NCBI RefSeq assembly: GCF_000143415.4
Contig: NW_003314282.1
Location: 2,036,765 to 2,100,764 of the forward strand
From: Selaginella moellendorffii
Lineage: Eukaryota; Plantae; Lycopodiophyta
Length of the DNA stretch: 64,000 bases
Direction: 5' to 3'
In this document: positions 25,559 through 39,111 of the stretch, piece after piece
Numbering within the stretch: position 1 is the first letter of the stretch
Layout of the letters: each line of letters begins with the position of its first letter
Made by a program: the position numbers and the translations under genes
Notes under the pieces: generated by a model
Told to the model about the DNA's origin: nothing
Databases searched by the model: none
The model's input: only the letters and a program-made list of their open reading frames with translations

Positions 25559-26749
25559 CAGAGTACCAAGTGGTCCATGTCTATTGGATTGAATCATTCA
25601 AAGTCTCACAAACATTACAAATATAGCTTGCCTCTTCAAAATGCTAACCATAAGATTCAAAGCACACTTGCACACACAATAATTTGTCCCAATTCATGCA
25701 CATCAATTCGTTCAAAAGGATAATAAAAGTTCTTTTCTGTGCATGGTTGTGGCAAGACGCATGAACACCACCGAGAAGAGATCCAGGTTCTGCATGAGAA
25801 AAAGTAGATAAAGATCACTAAGAAAAAGATTATAAGACAATCACTCACCTTACCTCACAACAACGATTTCTGGCTATCAATAGCACATCTTGCTTGACTT
25901 GATGAATGACGGCTGCTTCTGGTGTTTACTCCCTTGGTTACTATTGTAGCCAGGACAGTCCCTTATGGCAGCATTGCCTAGTCGTAGTGCAGTATTGTAA
26001 ACAAGTTAACAACACCATCACTCATATCCCGACAGGTTCCAGTCCATTGGAAAAAATAAAAAAATCTTTCAAAAATGTACTTAAAAGAAAAACAAGAAGC
26101 TACCTTGGTTGCCAGTGGTTCAATATGGTGCTTAAATTCCCCCCTAGAACTTGAGAATATTTGGCAAACTTTGAATGTGCACACAAGAACTTTGTCGTAT
26201 CTACACTATTCAATCGTGATACCCAAGGGCTTAGAGGCAATTTTATATAAAATTGACCATTAAGAAGCAACACATATGAAGTTAGAGGAAGAAGTATATG
26301 GAAAGCATCACAACACACATCTTGCTTGCTCTACCTTGTTTGGCAAATGCTCAACCTGGATCCCTACTCCATACATCACCATAGTTATCATATTAGTGTC
26401 AACCATCAGATTGGTATGAGCTCTAGAAATAGTTTAGCATATTTGAAGTTAAACAAAGAGCAATGTTAAGCAAAGAATCTTACTATGCTATTATAAAGAA
26501 CTACAAAAAAATATTTTTAAATAAAATTTTATTTACATGTTTATGTTTTTGCAATATCTCCGTATATATCACATTTGTGTGTATGTTGTGCTACTTTGCT
26601 TATCAAGACATTGACCCTTATATTCATCAATACACAATTAGTTTATCTTTTCTTTATAGTGCTACATATAATTTTTCATGACCAAAAATAGGCTTACACA
26701 AATATATGCTTACATTGCTTAGTGTCTGACTTTATGATTTACATAATGT

Positions 26750-28260
26750 AACAAAAACAAAGCAAATCATTTTGGAAATTAGTGTCTCTTTAATACAAAT
26801 GGCATGTCCCCTTTAGTTGATTTGAGAACAATCCTTGGTAACAAAACTTTTTTTCCTTCTCTATTTCCTTGTAAGAGTCTTGCTTCCAAAATATTATATA
26901 GTATGTCATTATTAGTTTCATGCCATTGCCACTTTTTGTGTCAAGTTTTCTTAGTAATGCTCTCAACTTTTATATTTAGATTGTGTAGTGGCATTCTAGA
27001 AAGTGTGATTGAGTTAAGAAACTTCACAGGATAATTCAGAGTTTTTTCAAAGAAAATTCTCCATGGCATGAAATAAGATAGAGGTCAAAAAGGTGGTGAA
27101 AGATGGTGGTTTAGCAGGGAATCTTGTCCAAAAATTGTGATAATTTTTAAAACTAATGAGTTTTACAAGAGTAGTAGGAGAAAAAGTAGGCTATGAAATC
27201 TCAACTATAGCAGATTCTTCAATTGAATCATTTTCAAATGTATTTATGTTTCTAAAAGTCATTAACCTCCCTCTTTTAAGACTTGTTCATTCAAATCTAA
27301 AGAATGGTCATTTAACATTCTTAGTCTTCTAACTGCAGTTAGTATAATCCCTCTCTTCAAAACATAGTTTATCATTTTATCTTTGATATGCACTTTATTG
27401 GCAATTTTTTCATTTGGTCCTTATGTCCTTGTAGAGAGGGTAATTATCCATTACCCAACTTCATTAGTCACTCTGACCACAATATTTATATGTATTTTCC
27501 TTTTTAAAGTAAATATAATAATTGATGACTATAATGGACTGGACTTAATGCTATTTTGTACAATTTAATCCCATCTTTTTTCTTTTTAGAACTGGTAGTG
27601 TTTGTCTAAAATCACCAAAAGAAAATAAAATATTTAATTGTTTAAACTCTTTATCTTCTGTTTTATATCACAAGTCAGCCACTTCACAGCTCTAAAAGCA
27701 TGTGCAAGTACTATACTTATTTCATTATAAATGAGGAAATTGGTATTTTGAATGTGTTTAATAGCACTTGAATTTTCTCTCACATCAAAAGTGCATATTT
27801 CAGCTATTGATATAAATAGTTTAAATGTTTAATAAACAATTTATCTGTTGATAAGTAATATAATAGCAATCCTAGTCTATACAACTACTATCACATTCTT
27901 TCCTATAGGTTTTCATGTAATAGTATTATTTTGAATAAGAATGATTTTTCAATGCCTCTAACATCATCAATAAAAATTAGTTGTGGTTTACTCTTGTCAT
28001 AGAGAGATATAATAAATGTGTCAAACATTTTGCATTAATCACTATTTAAACTGCTAATATTTTATCCAAATCAAACTCTCAAATTGCATCATATTATCTT
28101 CAAATATAACCTTGTATTCACATGAAAATTGTGGTATATCTTTAATACTTAAGTCAAAATCTTGTATTGTTGTTCAAACATTTAAGATAATTCTATAAGA
28201 AGAATATTATAACACAAAGCATCAGTTTCATACTTTCTAATTAAATTTTTCTTTCTTTTA
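26750..28260 (-). mobile_element. Highly degraded Helitron PIF1 helicase relic
   Basis: Minus-strand translation fragments PVKFLNSITLSRMPLHNLNIK and EARLLQGNREGKKVLLPRIVLKSTKGDMPFVLKR match the helicase ORF at 43103-43960. Many stops. Confidence 0.8.
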
Positions 28261-28289
28261 ATAGATCATTTTCTAATAAACCTGTTACA

Positions 28290-28325
28290 TCTCTCTCTCT
28301 ATATATATACATATACATATATTTG

Positions 28326-28382
<57 letters not shown>

Positions 28383-28425
28383 GTATATGTATATATGTAT
28401 ATACATATATACATATATATATGTA
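28290..28425. repeat. (CT)n/(TA)n/(TACA) compound microsatellite
   Basis: Directly visible long TA run. Confidence 0.95.
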
Positions 28426-29948
28426 TGTCATCCTTCTATATTTTATGAGCTTAATGGCACGTGGGAAAAAACAGTTGAGGGTGGAACTTTTTTTTTTAGG
28501 GTAAACCAGTTTTTTTCAATGCATTTTTTCAGGAGCACTTATGTATTTTGGCATTTCACTGCAGTTGCACGTCATGAGGTTCACTGCATGATTGCATTGG
28601 TCCTCGCCTATCTAGGGCATATTGCTTAGCTGTATGATGCCACACACAACAGATAGATTAGCTGAGTTGAAGTGGCAGGTTCAAGAGCCTATGCTAGACG
28701 AAAGAGAAGATGAAGAAACTCCAAGAGACACTTTTATGGTACATTTTCTCTTTCTTGTGTTGTTCCTTTTGATGATTTCTTTAGGCTGTTGCGAGGTTTG
28801 GAGGCGACAGTGTTGTCAAGACATGATCCAGCTACAAACCTGGTTCAGATGTACGCATATACTCAGTGCTTCTTTACATGCGAGGTATGGTTTGTGTTCA
28901 TTTTTTCATCACGAATATTTTACTGCCTCTTATTATGTACAATAAGGAGTACGTGCTTGGGCAGCTCATATACGTTCAAGCAACGAAGAGATTGCCTGGT
29001 TCTCCCAGATTTCTGATCCTGTCATGCCAAGGGCTTGCAACAAGATCCCTGGTATGCTTATCGATCTAGGTTTCAAGATGATCTCTCATTTCTCTTAATC
29101 TCTATGGCTAACTTGGTACCTCATCTCCAGATAATGTAAATGCCAGAGAATATTTTTTTTGGTGTGTCTGCTCTTGGATCCAATGCTTGTAAAGGCGCTT
29201 GCGTTTTTCTTGCTCATCTGTCTCACGCTCACTGAATAATCATCCTCTGCCCCCTTAAGAACGCCTTAGCAATTGATCCACACAACAAAACAAAAACGGC
29301 ACTACAGTGTACCTGTCAGGTAAAACAAGGGGAAGTCAGCTTTCATCCACCAGTTAAGCTCTTAGTGATTGAGATGAGCTCTTGTTATCTCAATTTTGCA
29401 ACAGCATAGTGAAAAAGGGAAAGGGAAAGTATAGTACCTGAATGAAGGTGTGTCTGTCTGCTGTGTGTTTTTATTGCCTATCTCCTTTTCTTTGTTTTGC
29501 AGTTTCTCTTTCCCTTGTTGGTGGTCACCTGATTGGATCAAAGAGATCATTTTCGTGGAGTTGTTTGGTGTGCTTGCTATTGGCTGCATGTGTGCTACAG
29601 CTGGCTGGCTGGTATATGAGAGCTGCTGCTATAACGTATTGAGCTTACTTTCCACTCATTACAGAGCTTGTCCCAGGCGGGGCTTCAAGTCTACATTCAG
29701 GTCAACAAGTACCTAATGGCAGTGTTGAGAGCTTGTGGTTTTCACCTCCAGCTGCTTAAATTGAGCGAACCCGAACATTTGTGATTTGTTTGTTAAAAAA
29801 AAGGTACTGTGGTAGAGTCCTCCTGATCATCCACTTAGCCCTAGCCATCTCTACCTAGAACAACAAAGCAACGAACTTAAATAGTTCTCATAAGTTGCTA
29901 AGTTAAGCCCACCTTTTATCATATTTACTCTTCAATGTTCTTGTACCG

Positions 29949-30232
29949 CATCAAAGGTGTCATTATAAACCCTAGATGAACATGTCAACTCCTTCGGCCT
30001 AATCAGCGAAAGAGAAAGCATTGACAAAAGAGAAAGGTGGGAGAGATTTCAAAGCATTAGACGAATACCTTGAATCTCATTGCCATCAAAGGTGTCATTA
30101 TAAACCCTGGATGAACATCATTGGCTGTGATGTCAACTCCTTCGGCCTAATCAGCGAAAGAGAAAGCATTGGCAAAAGAGAAAGGTGGGAGAGATTTCAA
30201 AGCATTAGACGAATACCTTGAATCTTATTGCC
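29949..30232. repeat. Tandem duplication, two copies of ~135-149 nt
   Basis: Unit CATCAAAGGTGTCATTATAAACCC...GAATACCTTGAATCT starts at 29949 and 30084; the second copy has a ~14-nt extra segment. Confidence 0.9.
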
Positions 30233-31133
30233 ATTTCTTTGGCGTGGAAAAAGTTCGCGAGCTTGGATTGACTGTATGCTTAGTGTCAGAGTACCTTTTG
30301 GAAGAAAAAAGGAAGAATGTAAGCTCACAAGAAAAGAGAGTTGTTTGGCATACCAGGTTTTGTCATTAAGGTGTGAGAACTGGATTCCACCGCTGTAAGA
30401 GGCGATATGCACGACGGAGGAGAGATTGACAAACACTTAGCAGTCTCCTTCATTTTGTCCAGTAGCAAGTTTGTGAGAAGAAAATGGCCTAGACATCACA
30501 ACAAGATAGAAAAGATACCTATGTATAAATAGAAAATCATGGATTTCTTTTGATCAAGTTCGAATTTTTCCTCATACCTTGTAAAGTTCCATCACTTTGG
30601 AGGTGAGCTTCGAAGCATCATGCCAGGCATGGCCACTCGCCATCTCCAGGCACAGCAATGTGCCATCCCAAAGAAGTGTGGAGCAAAACTCAAGCAAATG
30701 GCGATATCTAGAGGAGTTCACCGTGATCTAAACCACACCTTTGATCACCACCTTCACCACAGAAATGAAAATCCATGAGATGATCCAACTATAGTGGCTT
30801 GGAGCTTACCTGCATTGAGCTTAGAGTTGTCAAGATATTGGCAGCTGCCATAAGAGCAAGCAATCCACTGTCGTCATGACTAACAAGCACGACTGATGAG
30901 AATTTTAGTTGCTGGCAAAAGCTCAGCAGCAAATCCACCTGCGAGCTCTAATCAGAGAAATCAAACAAGCAAGAACAACAGGAAAAAATTTCTTTTTTTT
31001 TTTCTAAACAACAATGAATAGAACACTCACTTGGGACTGGTGCTCGTAAGGATTGGGAAGACGGCCACTTTTTTTGCACAGCCGGCTCGTCAGTCCCCAG
31101 CCAGTCCGATCAAACGCAGCAAATAGAAAATTT

Positions 31134-31135
<2 letters not shown>

Positions 31136-31163
<28 letters not shown>
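31136..31163. repeat. (CA)n microsatellite
   Basis: Directly visible. Confidence 0.9.
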
Positions 31164-31167
<4 letters not shown>

Positions 31168-31389
31168 CTCACAATCTGCCCAATTGCCCTAAATTTTTTC
31201 TCTTGATTTGGATCGTCATTAAAAAATTGAAGAGTTGCCACCCCTTTGGCACTTGATCTATGCCATCTATTTGAAGTTTTTGAATTTGAACCGTTAGATT
31301 ATAAGTATATTCACAAATAATATTTTAAAAATGGAATAAAAGACGCCGGATGCCATATGCCAATAGCACGTTTAAATAAGGGAGTATGA

Positions 31390-31652
31390 CTAGTAGGGAA
31401 CCCAACTCCACTGGGATAGTTAAATGCTAATTCTAAAAAGAGAACAATTTATTAAAACTTGCTTAAGTTCAATATGTAACAAGCACTTGGTTTATTTAGT
31501 TTTTACTTAGTGATTGCAACCAAACACTATTTCTTAAATGGTTTAGTGGAATAGAATAATACAAGCTTGGACTCAAAGCTTAAAAGAATTATTCAACACA
31601 TGAAGAGGTGGCTTAATCATATTCCTCAATTTGGTATATTATTTGGGCATTC
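31390..31652 (-). mobile_element. Helitron 3' terminal segment (copy 1)
   Basis: Minus strand reads CCCAGTGGAGTTGGG (imperfect hairpin), 7 nt, then CTAG|T ending at 31390. About 270 nt are near-identical to 38441-38714. Confidence 0.7.
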
Positions 31653-32289
31653 TAGATCAGGTTCATCACCTTCTATAAGCTCATTGGGGTTGAGCAATAG
31701 ACTACTAAGCATTTTCCATCTCAAGGCATTTTTAATTTATGCCCATGTGAATAAGGAGTAGTTCCCTTAGGGTGAGGTTCCATGCTCCACCCACCTGGAA
31801 ATTTCTCCTCACCCCCCCTCCAAAAACAACTTTCCCCTCCTTTTTTTTTAATGGTTACATTACATGTAACCCTCTTTTTTATATGCCACATAAAGCTACA
31901 CATTAGCTTTTTTTTTCCACATCATAGGTGTCATTTTGTTTTACCCTAAATTGAGTGCATAGCATGCCATAGCTTGGCAATTCTTCTTTGGCAATCATTT
32001 CCCATGCTGTAGAGATTGTGATGAGGTACTTAAATTTGGTAAAGTTGTTCTTTCTGGAGGAGGGCATGATCTTAGTTCCAGTTTCAAGAAAGCTTTTGTT
32101 CATTTGAATGGTGGAGGAAATGATTGCTTTAGTGCTTTCTATGCCATGTTCTACTGCAACTTCATTTATTGAAAGAGTGATCACTAAAAAGGAGCTCTTA
32201 GGGCTATTGATCGGTGTGAATTACATCAAGCCAAGAAGTCTCCATTGGTGGTATCAAACAGAGTTTCAGGTTCTCCATATAAATCCACA

Positions 32290-33210
32290 AAGATTCAGAG
32301 AAGTTTTTTAGTATCTACATTCACTTTTCTTTATGACGAGCTTGCTCCAAAATTGGCCAGGAGGCCTCCTCCAGGTTTGGCAGAAATACCAAAGTAGCAC
32401 TTAGCTATTTCAAAGCAAGTAGCTATTGCTTTGAAATGCTTGGCATTCAGGAATACATGGCAAATAATTGGTGATGCATTTAGAGTGGCTTCATGCACTC
32501 AAGCTTGTCTATGCTGATTCAGGTATTCATTGCTTGAGCATGAAGGACTAATGATCCATTGGCAAATGAGGAGGGAATAAATGAAGTTATAGCATGATTT
32601 CAGAGATTGCATGGATTCCCAAATTGTTGTGGTGCAATGGATTGCACTCATATGGCAATCGAGCTCCTAGGATCAAAGGATGCAATAGATTGGTATGCTA
32701 GGGCAAAAAAGTACTACTCAATGGTAGTTCAAGTTGTGGTAGACAATAAGACTTCATTCCTTTACATAACAATAGGGATAGTAGGTAATGTTCCAGATAG
32801 ATAAGTTTGGAATTCTAGTGGTTTGAAGAAGGCATAGATAGAGAAGAAGTGTTTATGTGGTCCAGTGTACCACATAGAGTTTGGGGACATTCCATTGTAT
32901 ATCATTATTGACAGAGGATAAGAGTGTGCTTTACTGGTTTTGGTCTTATATCCAAACAAGTTTTATGGCAAAAAGCAATACAATTTTATTCATTCTTCTA
33001 TGAGGATTGTTGTTAAGCAATCTTTTGGAATTTTAAAAAGGCAATGGAAATTGCTTGGTTAGAAGGGATTTAGAGGACATCTAGGCATCCTTGCGAACAA
33101 CATCATGTCTTGTTGTGTGCTGCATACCTTGATGATCACAAGGAATGACAGGTTCATGGAAAATTTTGACCCCAATAGATCTAACTACAATGCAGACTAC
33201 CTGTGAGAAT
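32290..33210 (+). mobile_element. PIF/Harbinger (HARBI1-like) DDE transposase relic
   Basis: HGFPNCCGAMDCTHMAIE...YSMVVQVVVDNKTSF...GNVPD and RIVVKQSFGILKRQWKLL motifs, interrupted by stops and frameshifts. Confidence 0.85.
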
Positions 33211-33729
33211 GAAGTGGTTAGTTATATGGATCTCCAAAAAGTTTTAATGCCACATTAAACTCTCAAGGGCATTCATGTATAAGCTAAACATAGTGGACAT
33301 CCTTATTTAATGTAAATAGTGCATTCAATCTATTTAACTCCTTGATAGTCTGCAAGAATAATGACATATATTTATTCAATGACAACTAATGGTGTGTTAA
33401 TTTGTCATAGCTATTGAAATAATTTATCATGGGAAATTGTGTTGACTAAGTTTTATATATCAAGACAATCCCCTATACCATATTTTTGAATTGTCTATGA
33501 AGTTGTGAGTTTCATTGCTAGAGCTATCATGTGTCATTTTGTTTTTTTAAATGCTATTAGAAAAGGGAGGGATTCCTTTGACTTCAAAAAGTGCTAGCAA
33601 CTATGCTAAGGTGGTACTTGAACTTATATAAAACATCTGTTGTTATAGGATAAAATGTGATGAGCACATAGTGCATTAGAAAGTCATTATTTGTTACTGA
33701 ATATTTGTTTCATTCCTCTCTAAGAAGGA

Positions 33730-34190
33730 ACATTTGTCCCATCAACTACACCCTTTTACTCTTTATAGTTGCAAATCTAAAAGAATGCCCTCTTGTGCCA
33801 ATGATTCCTTCTTCCAATTAATACATCATTTTAGGAACACACTTTCTAAACCTTCATCTTCAGCCTTTGAATCCCACAGACACATGTCTATACTGTGGCC
33901 AAATTCATCACTCAAAGAAAGCATCCTCCTTCTCATGAATGCTCCAGAATCCTTAGGAGAAATGTTTGTCCAATCCACATTACACCACCAATCACATCTA
34001 CAAATGTCTCTTGGCCGAGCTTAGAAGCATCTGAAACACTTGTTCTATTAAGAACAACATTTGGAATACGTAGATCGTCCTCTACACAATTGATCTCCAT
34101 AGTCTTGCTTGCTTTTATCTCCCAATTTGATTTATATGGTGTATATGCTGGTTTAGAGTGCTGTACACCACTGTTCCCTGAAAATATATA
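33730..34190 (-). pseudogene. RPA70-like OB-fold fragment (Helitron-associated, second copy)
   Basis: WEIKASKTMEINCVEDDLRIPNVVLNRTSVSDA and MLSLSDEFGHSIDMCLWDSKAEDEG match the 39-40 kb copy (WEIQANKGMEFTALDEDASFPRIVLAKTSILDA; TLCLGDDSGHSVDLCLWDLKAEEEG). Confidence 0.75.
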
Positions 34191-34672
34191 GACACTGCCT
34201 TGCTCAATCTCGCTTGAACGATGCTTTGCATTCTCGCCAAACCCAGCAATACGTATTTTGGAACTTTATGCATTGGCAACGTCAACTGACATAACACACC
34301 CAGCTGTGCCTGTTTCAAAGAATACAAGTTTCCCTTTGTGTCACCTTGGCATGAAAAGACCATCGGTAGCAGTGGCCGCTATCCTTAATTGGCATCTCAG
34401 CTTCTTAGAACTCTCTCCCTTAACATGAAACAGAGAAAAAAAATGTAATAATGTTATATACATACATACGTAATGTAATTAGTTACAAACAATTTGTAAC
34501 TAAATAAATAATTTGTAATGTATTTAGACAAAACTAACATTAGTAGTCGTAGTGCTTTACATTTATGTTTATTTTTTATAAAAGAAATATCAGAAGACAA
34601 ATCTGGGAGTGTCATATATATATTTCAGTTGTTGTTTCTTTTATATTGTTTCTTTATATTAACAAAGAAATG

Positions 34673-36358
34673 TTCAAGCATGAGATTTCATAGGTGGTTA
34701 TGTTAAAAGTTTTGAATGTGAAAGTGTGGGAAAGCTTACTCAATTGTAAGAAGAAGTTCAGCCTTTTCTATATCATGGTTTGTAAGTACATATTCTGTAA
34801 TTATATTAACCTTGAAGGATATGCACTTTGGTGTTCATTGGATCACCAATGAAAGGCACATTGAGATTGTTAACATTTATCACTTTGGCTTCAGTTCCGT
34901 CGTTTTGGACCGTTTGACACAACTTTGCAATCTCTAGAGACAGACCAGATATTCTTCTGGCTGCTTGCTGAGCAGAACATTAAGTTGTAGTTATCTGAGC
35001 GAGTAGAGTACATATAATCCATGAGTTTTTGTCACGAACGTGCCTCAACACAGTGGGCCTGTATATTTGATTGGAGTGTACAAAGTAGTGTGATCTACGC
35101 AATGCCATTATTTACATCTCTTTCCAGGTATGTAATACATTAATGGGAGAATTAGGAATGTTTGTAAACAGCTGATTTACAAACCTTCTGATGTTGAAAG
35201 GTTGGGAATATATTCAATGGAATTGTTGCCCCCATCAATGAAAGTTCCCATGTAAGCCAATGCTCGAAGTGCCTAAAAAAAGATGCCTCAAGATAAACAC
35301 ATCACAAACTTTAATAAGCATATCACCTCAAGTGCTGGGTTCTTTCAAATGTTCCCCATGTTTCTGTGCAAAGATCCAGTGCATTGTTCTAGACTCTGAC
35401 CAATTCTGCATAAAAGCTTCACATGCTTCAACATCAAAAATCAAAGATTAAAGGCACAGATGTAAAGGCAAAGGTTTATTTTTTTGAAGGAATGTCAAAG
35501 TTTCAAGAATGCAAGAACTTGTTGATTACACTTTGAAAGTGAGGTAAGCTTTTTCTCTTTCTGGTGCAAATGCTAGCACATCTTTGGACTCACTGATTAA
35601 ATGTGACGGTATAGTTCCATTATGTTGCCATGGAATTTGAGTTGTCATCATATAGATTATTGTCAGGAATCCACATGCTATATTGAACTTACTATTATCA
35701 TATCAGACTCGTCGATGTTATCTACTATTGTGAGTTGACCACTGTTTTAGCCTATATCATTGAAGCTCACTACAAAACCTTCAACAGAACCTACAGAGTC
35801 TTAGCCTCTACATGACTCCACAAAGTTTGCAATGCTGACAGTTGGTACAGACAGATGAAGTTGTGGCACTATAAGCTATTACCTAAAAGCTTACGTTTTC
35901 TTCTTAGCATACGATATGCTCATCATTGTGGTGGTTCAATAAAAAGAGATATGCCAGATGCACTGGGCCTGGGTTGGAACTCAAGTCATCATGTTGTTTC
36001 GCATTTCTCTAGCATGACTCCACATTCAAATATATATAACCACAGATACCACCTACTCAAAAATAAACTGGACATAACCATAAAGGAAGTGCATAGAAAG
36101 AAAAATAGGCAGCTAGCTTCTTCCCACTCTTTCATGCACTGTGCTCCATGCATAGTGTGCGAGTGGAATCCCGAATGGGACAGCCTTTCGCCTGATGAGC
36201 AGGCCAGGCTCAAGGCTCAGCAGGGTGTGAAATACGTTTGCCTCAACAGCTTATAAGTGCTCAACTCTGAAACTCTGGAACCGGCTGCCAAGGATGGTGT
36301 CACCACTGGCAAAGTTTGCATGCGTGGGAACATGGTGTTCAAGGGGTACTTGAACAAT
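34673..36358. repeat. Three-segment block duplicated and rearranged at 47990-50512
   Basis: 34673-34824 is direct to 50364-50512; 34870-35476 is inverted to ~47990-48582; 35615-36358 is direct to 48867-49608. Confidence 0.9.
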
Positions 36359-36978
36359 CCAGAGGCAACGCTGGAGAGCTTTAGAGGATGGTTCCACTCC
36401 GGGAACTTGGCAGTTCGGCATCCCGATGGATACATCAAGATCAAGGATCGAGCCAAGGATATTGTCATTTCTGGAGGGGAGAACATTAGCAGCCTGGAAG
36501 TGGAGAGCATCTTGTACAGGTAAAAGGAGAGTTTTTTCTTCTTTGTTTCTCATTAAAGTTTGCTTCTTTTTCTTCCAGGCATCCAGCAGTGTTGGAAGCT
36601 GCTGTGGTGGCGCGGCCAGATGAGCAGTGGGGCGAGTCTCCATGTGCATTTGTGTCCCTCAAGCACAGCGTGAGAAGCAACAAGGAGGAGATACTCTTGT
36701 TCTGTCCACAGCATTTGCCAAAGTTCATGGTGCCAAAGAGCGTCATCATTCTCATGGCCTTGGACAAAACCGCAACTGGCAAGATCCAAAAACAGGTGCT
36801 GCGCAGCAAAGCAAGAGCTCTTGGCAGCGTCAAGCAAATCAGCAAGCTCTACAAGCCAACTATTGAACTTGTAAAGCTTGAAATCGTTCACAGCCTGGAA
36901 AATCCCCAGTCTAGCTTGGCAATTTTAAACCGGTCAGCTACTGTTCCGTCTGTTGTAATGTACTGGAATGACAAATAA
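36140..36978 (+). pseudogene. Acyl-activating enzyme (AAE, AMP-binding) 3' fragment
   Basis: CEWNPEWDSL...QGVKY...GNMVFKGYLNNPEAT...GWFHSGNLAVRHPDGYIKIKDRAKDIVISGGENISSLEVESILY|RHPAVLEAAVVARPDEQWGESPCAFV...KTATGKIQK. In-frame TAA at 36254-36256; no N-terminal half; one intron retained. Confidence 0.9.
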
Positions 36979-37019
36979 ATAAATAACATGCAAGAACCAA
37001 GAACGCAATTCATCTACCT

Positions 37020-38070
37020 CAAACAGTAGCTTTTTCTTATCAGCTGTCACTCTTGCATATCCAAATGCCGACCTTCAAATCAAGCTCCATGAACTAAACT
37101 GTTGACAAAAAAAATAGAAAAGGTAGAATATCAATACCATATAAAGAGCTTGAATATAGGAAACAAAGCTGCAAGCTTACATTACGAGGGAAGTCATCCA
37201 GGCTGAATTCAGCCATGCCAACCACAGCGTGAACTGGAGCTGAGTAAATTGTAGTGTCAAAGAAATTGACGCCCGCTAAATCCTTGATCGGGTGCTGCAG
37301 GCAGCGGCTCTGAAACACAGCACAAGTTCGCTCGTAGCTGGGAACATGACCCCACACTGCTAAATCAACCTGTGCAAAAAATAATTAAAAAAAAATTGAC
37401 AGTTTCATTCTAGTTTTCCCTTTGAAGAGCTCATGTTTTAAAGAGCAATGGTTCCACAGCTGCTACAAATTTCGGATCCACACCTGGTAAATTTTAGAAA
37501 TAATTCCCCACAGTTGAGTGGAGTACATAGGTCGATGACTGAAAGAAAAATAGCACACAAGAGTTTACAGAATGAAAATGTGGATAAAAACAGTTACCCT
37601 GTGAAAACTATCCATGGTGTACTGAATCTGTCGGAGTTCATCCAAGCGTACTGTAGAAGAAGGTTTCATTGAAGTAAAGATGAAAAGAATAAGAATGCAT
37701 ACTTGTTCGCTGGTCAAGCTCCAGTCATGTTTTGTAGAGATGACTGTGAAATGCACGGGACTGATAGCCATCGAGTACCATATGTCTTGGATAGGCATCC
37801 GAAAATAAGTTCAATATGGGACTCCATACTTGCCACCTGAGTCTGGTGTGTTATACAAAGATCCTGAGCCTGGATAACCTCTGAAAACCACACAGATCAA
37901 TCTACAAGTTTTCGTAAGACTTTGTGAGTACCTCGTGTGGTTTACAATGGCTGTCATGTACATAGTCTTGGATGCTACTGGAACAGTGACAAAGAAATGG
38001 AGGCAAGACCCGACAGCTACGTTATGGATAGATTTGTAAAAGAGAAAGCAAGCCATACACTTTCAGCCAG
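37020..38070 (-). pseudogene. Purple acid phosphatase / nucleotide pyrophosphatase (PAP1/PAP27-type) fragment
   Basis: PVASKTMYMTAIVNH, GYPGSGSLYNTPDSGGKYGVPY, WYSMAISPVHFTVISTKHDW and VDLAVWGHVPSYERTCAVFQ...APVHAVVGMAEFSLDDF. Metal-ligand motifs GNHE/GHVH are degenerate and frames are broken. Confidence 0.8.
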
Positions 38071-39111
38071 CATAGCAGAACACGTAAACCAACCTTATCA
38101 AAGACGGGGCACCATGCACGCAGCACCATTTTCTTACCAGAAGAAAATATAATTTATAACCGGAGTCCACTGAAAGAGAATTCTGCACATAATCCCACAC
38201 ACAGGGAATGCAGGAGAGAGGGAGAACCTTGCAGTAACCCATAGATTTGCCTGCTCTTTGCATAGCACCCTGTGGTTCTCCTTGCTCTCATTCGCCCTAA
38301 AAGCCACAATTAAAAAATTTCTGATTTGAAAAGTTATGACCTTTTGTAATTATATCTCAGCCGTTAGATCTTGGCATATGCCCAGAATAAGCGTCCCCAG
38401 CATATGCTATTATTATACCGGCTCTTTCGTTTAAATTTATGAGTATGACTAGCAGGGAACCCAGCTCCACTGGGATAGTTAAATGCTAATTCTAAAAAGA
38501 GAACAATTTATTAAAACTTGCTTAAATTCAATATGTAACAAGCACTTGGTTTATTTAGTTTTACTTCCTTAGTGATTGCAACTAAACACTATTTCTTAAA
38601 TGGTTTACTGGAATAGAATAATACAAGCTTGGACTCAAAGCTTAAAAGAATTATTCAACACATGAAGAGGTGGCTTAATCATATTCCTCAATTTGGTATA
38701 TTATTTGGGCATTCCGGAGGTAAGAGCAGTTAATGGGATGGCATGGTAATGGGAATTTTGGTATAGAATGGCTGGTTTTGCATCTGCAAGCAAGCAATGT
38801 GTGTTGAAGTATAAATGACTGTATTTACTGGTGGACTATGTGTTTGTTCATTATAACATGCTAAATTCTGATACAGTTGATGCATTTGTTATTTATTGTC
38901 CACTTGAGAATCATGTGTTGTTGTTCTTTCCCTTTTTTAGTTTTTGTATCCTGACATTCCTTTCTTGCTACAGATAACCATCAAATAGAGCTGATGTTTT
39001 CTAGGAGGTGTGTTTTATTTTATTTGTTTTTGCAAGTTCCATGTAACTACAAAACAAAACACAGATAATATATCGACAGCATGTAAAAGATTAGAATGGA
39101 ATCTGCATACC

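Noticed and set aside
28600-30900. Short exon-like fragments with splice signals
   Set aside because: Could not be assembled into a coherent or recognisable protein.
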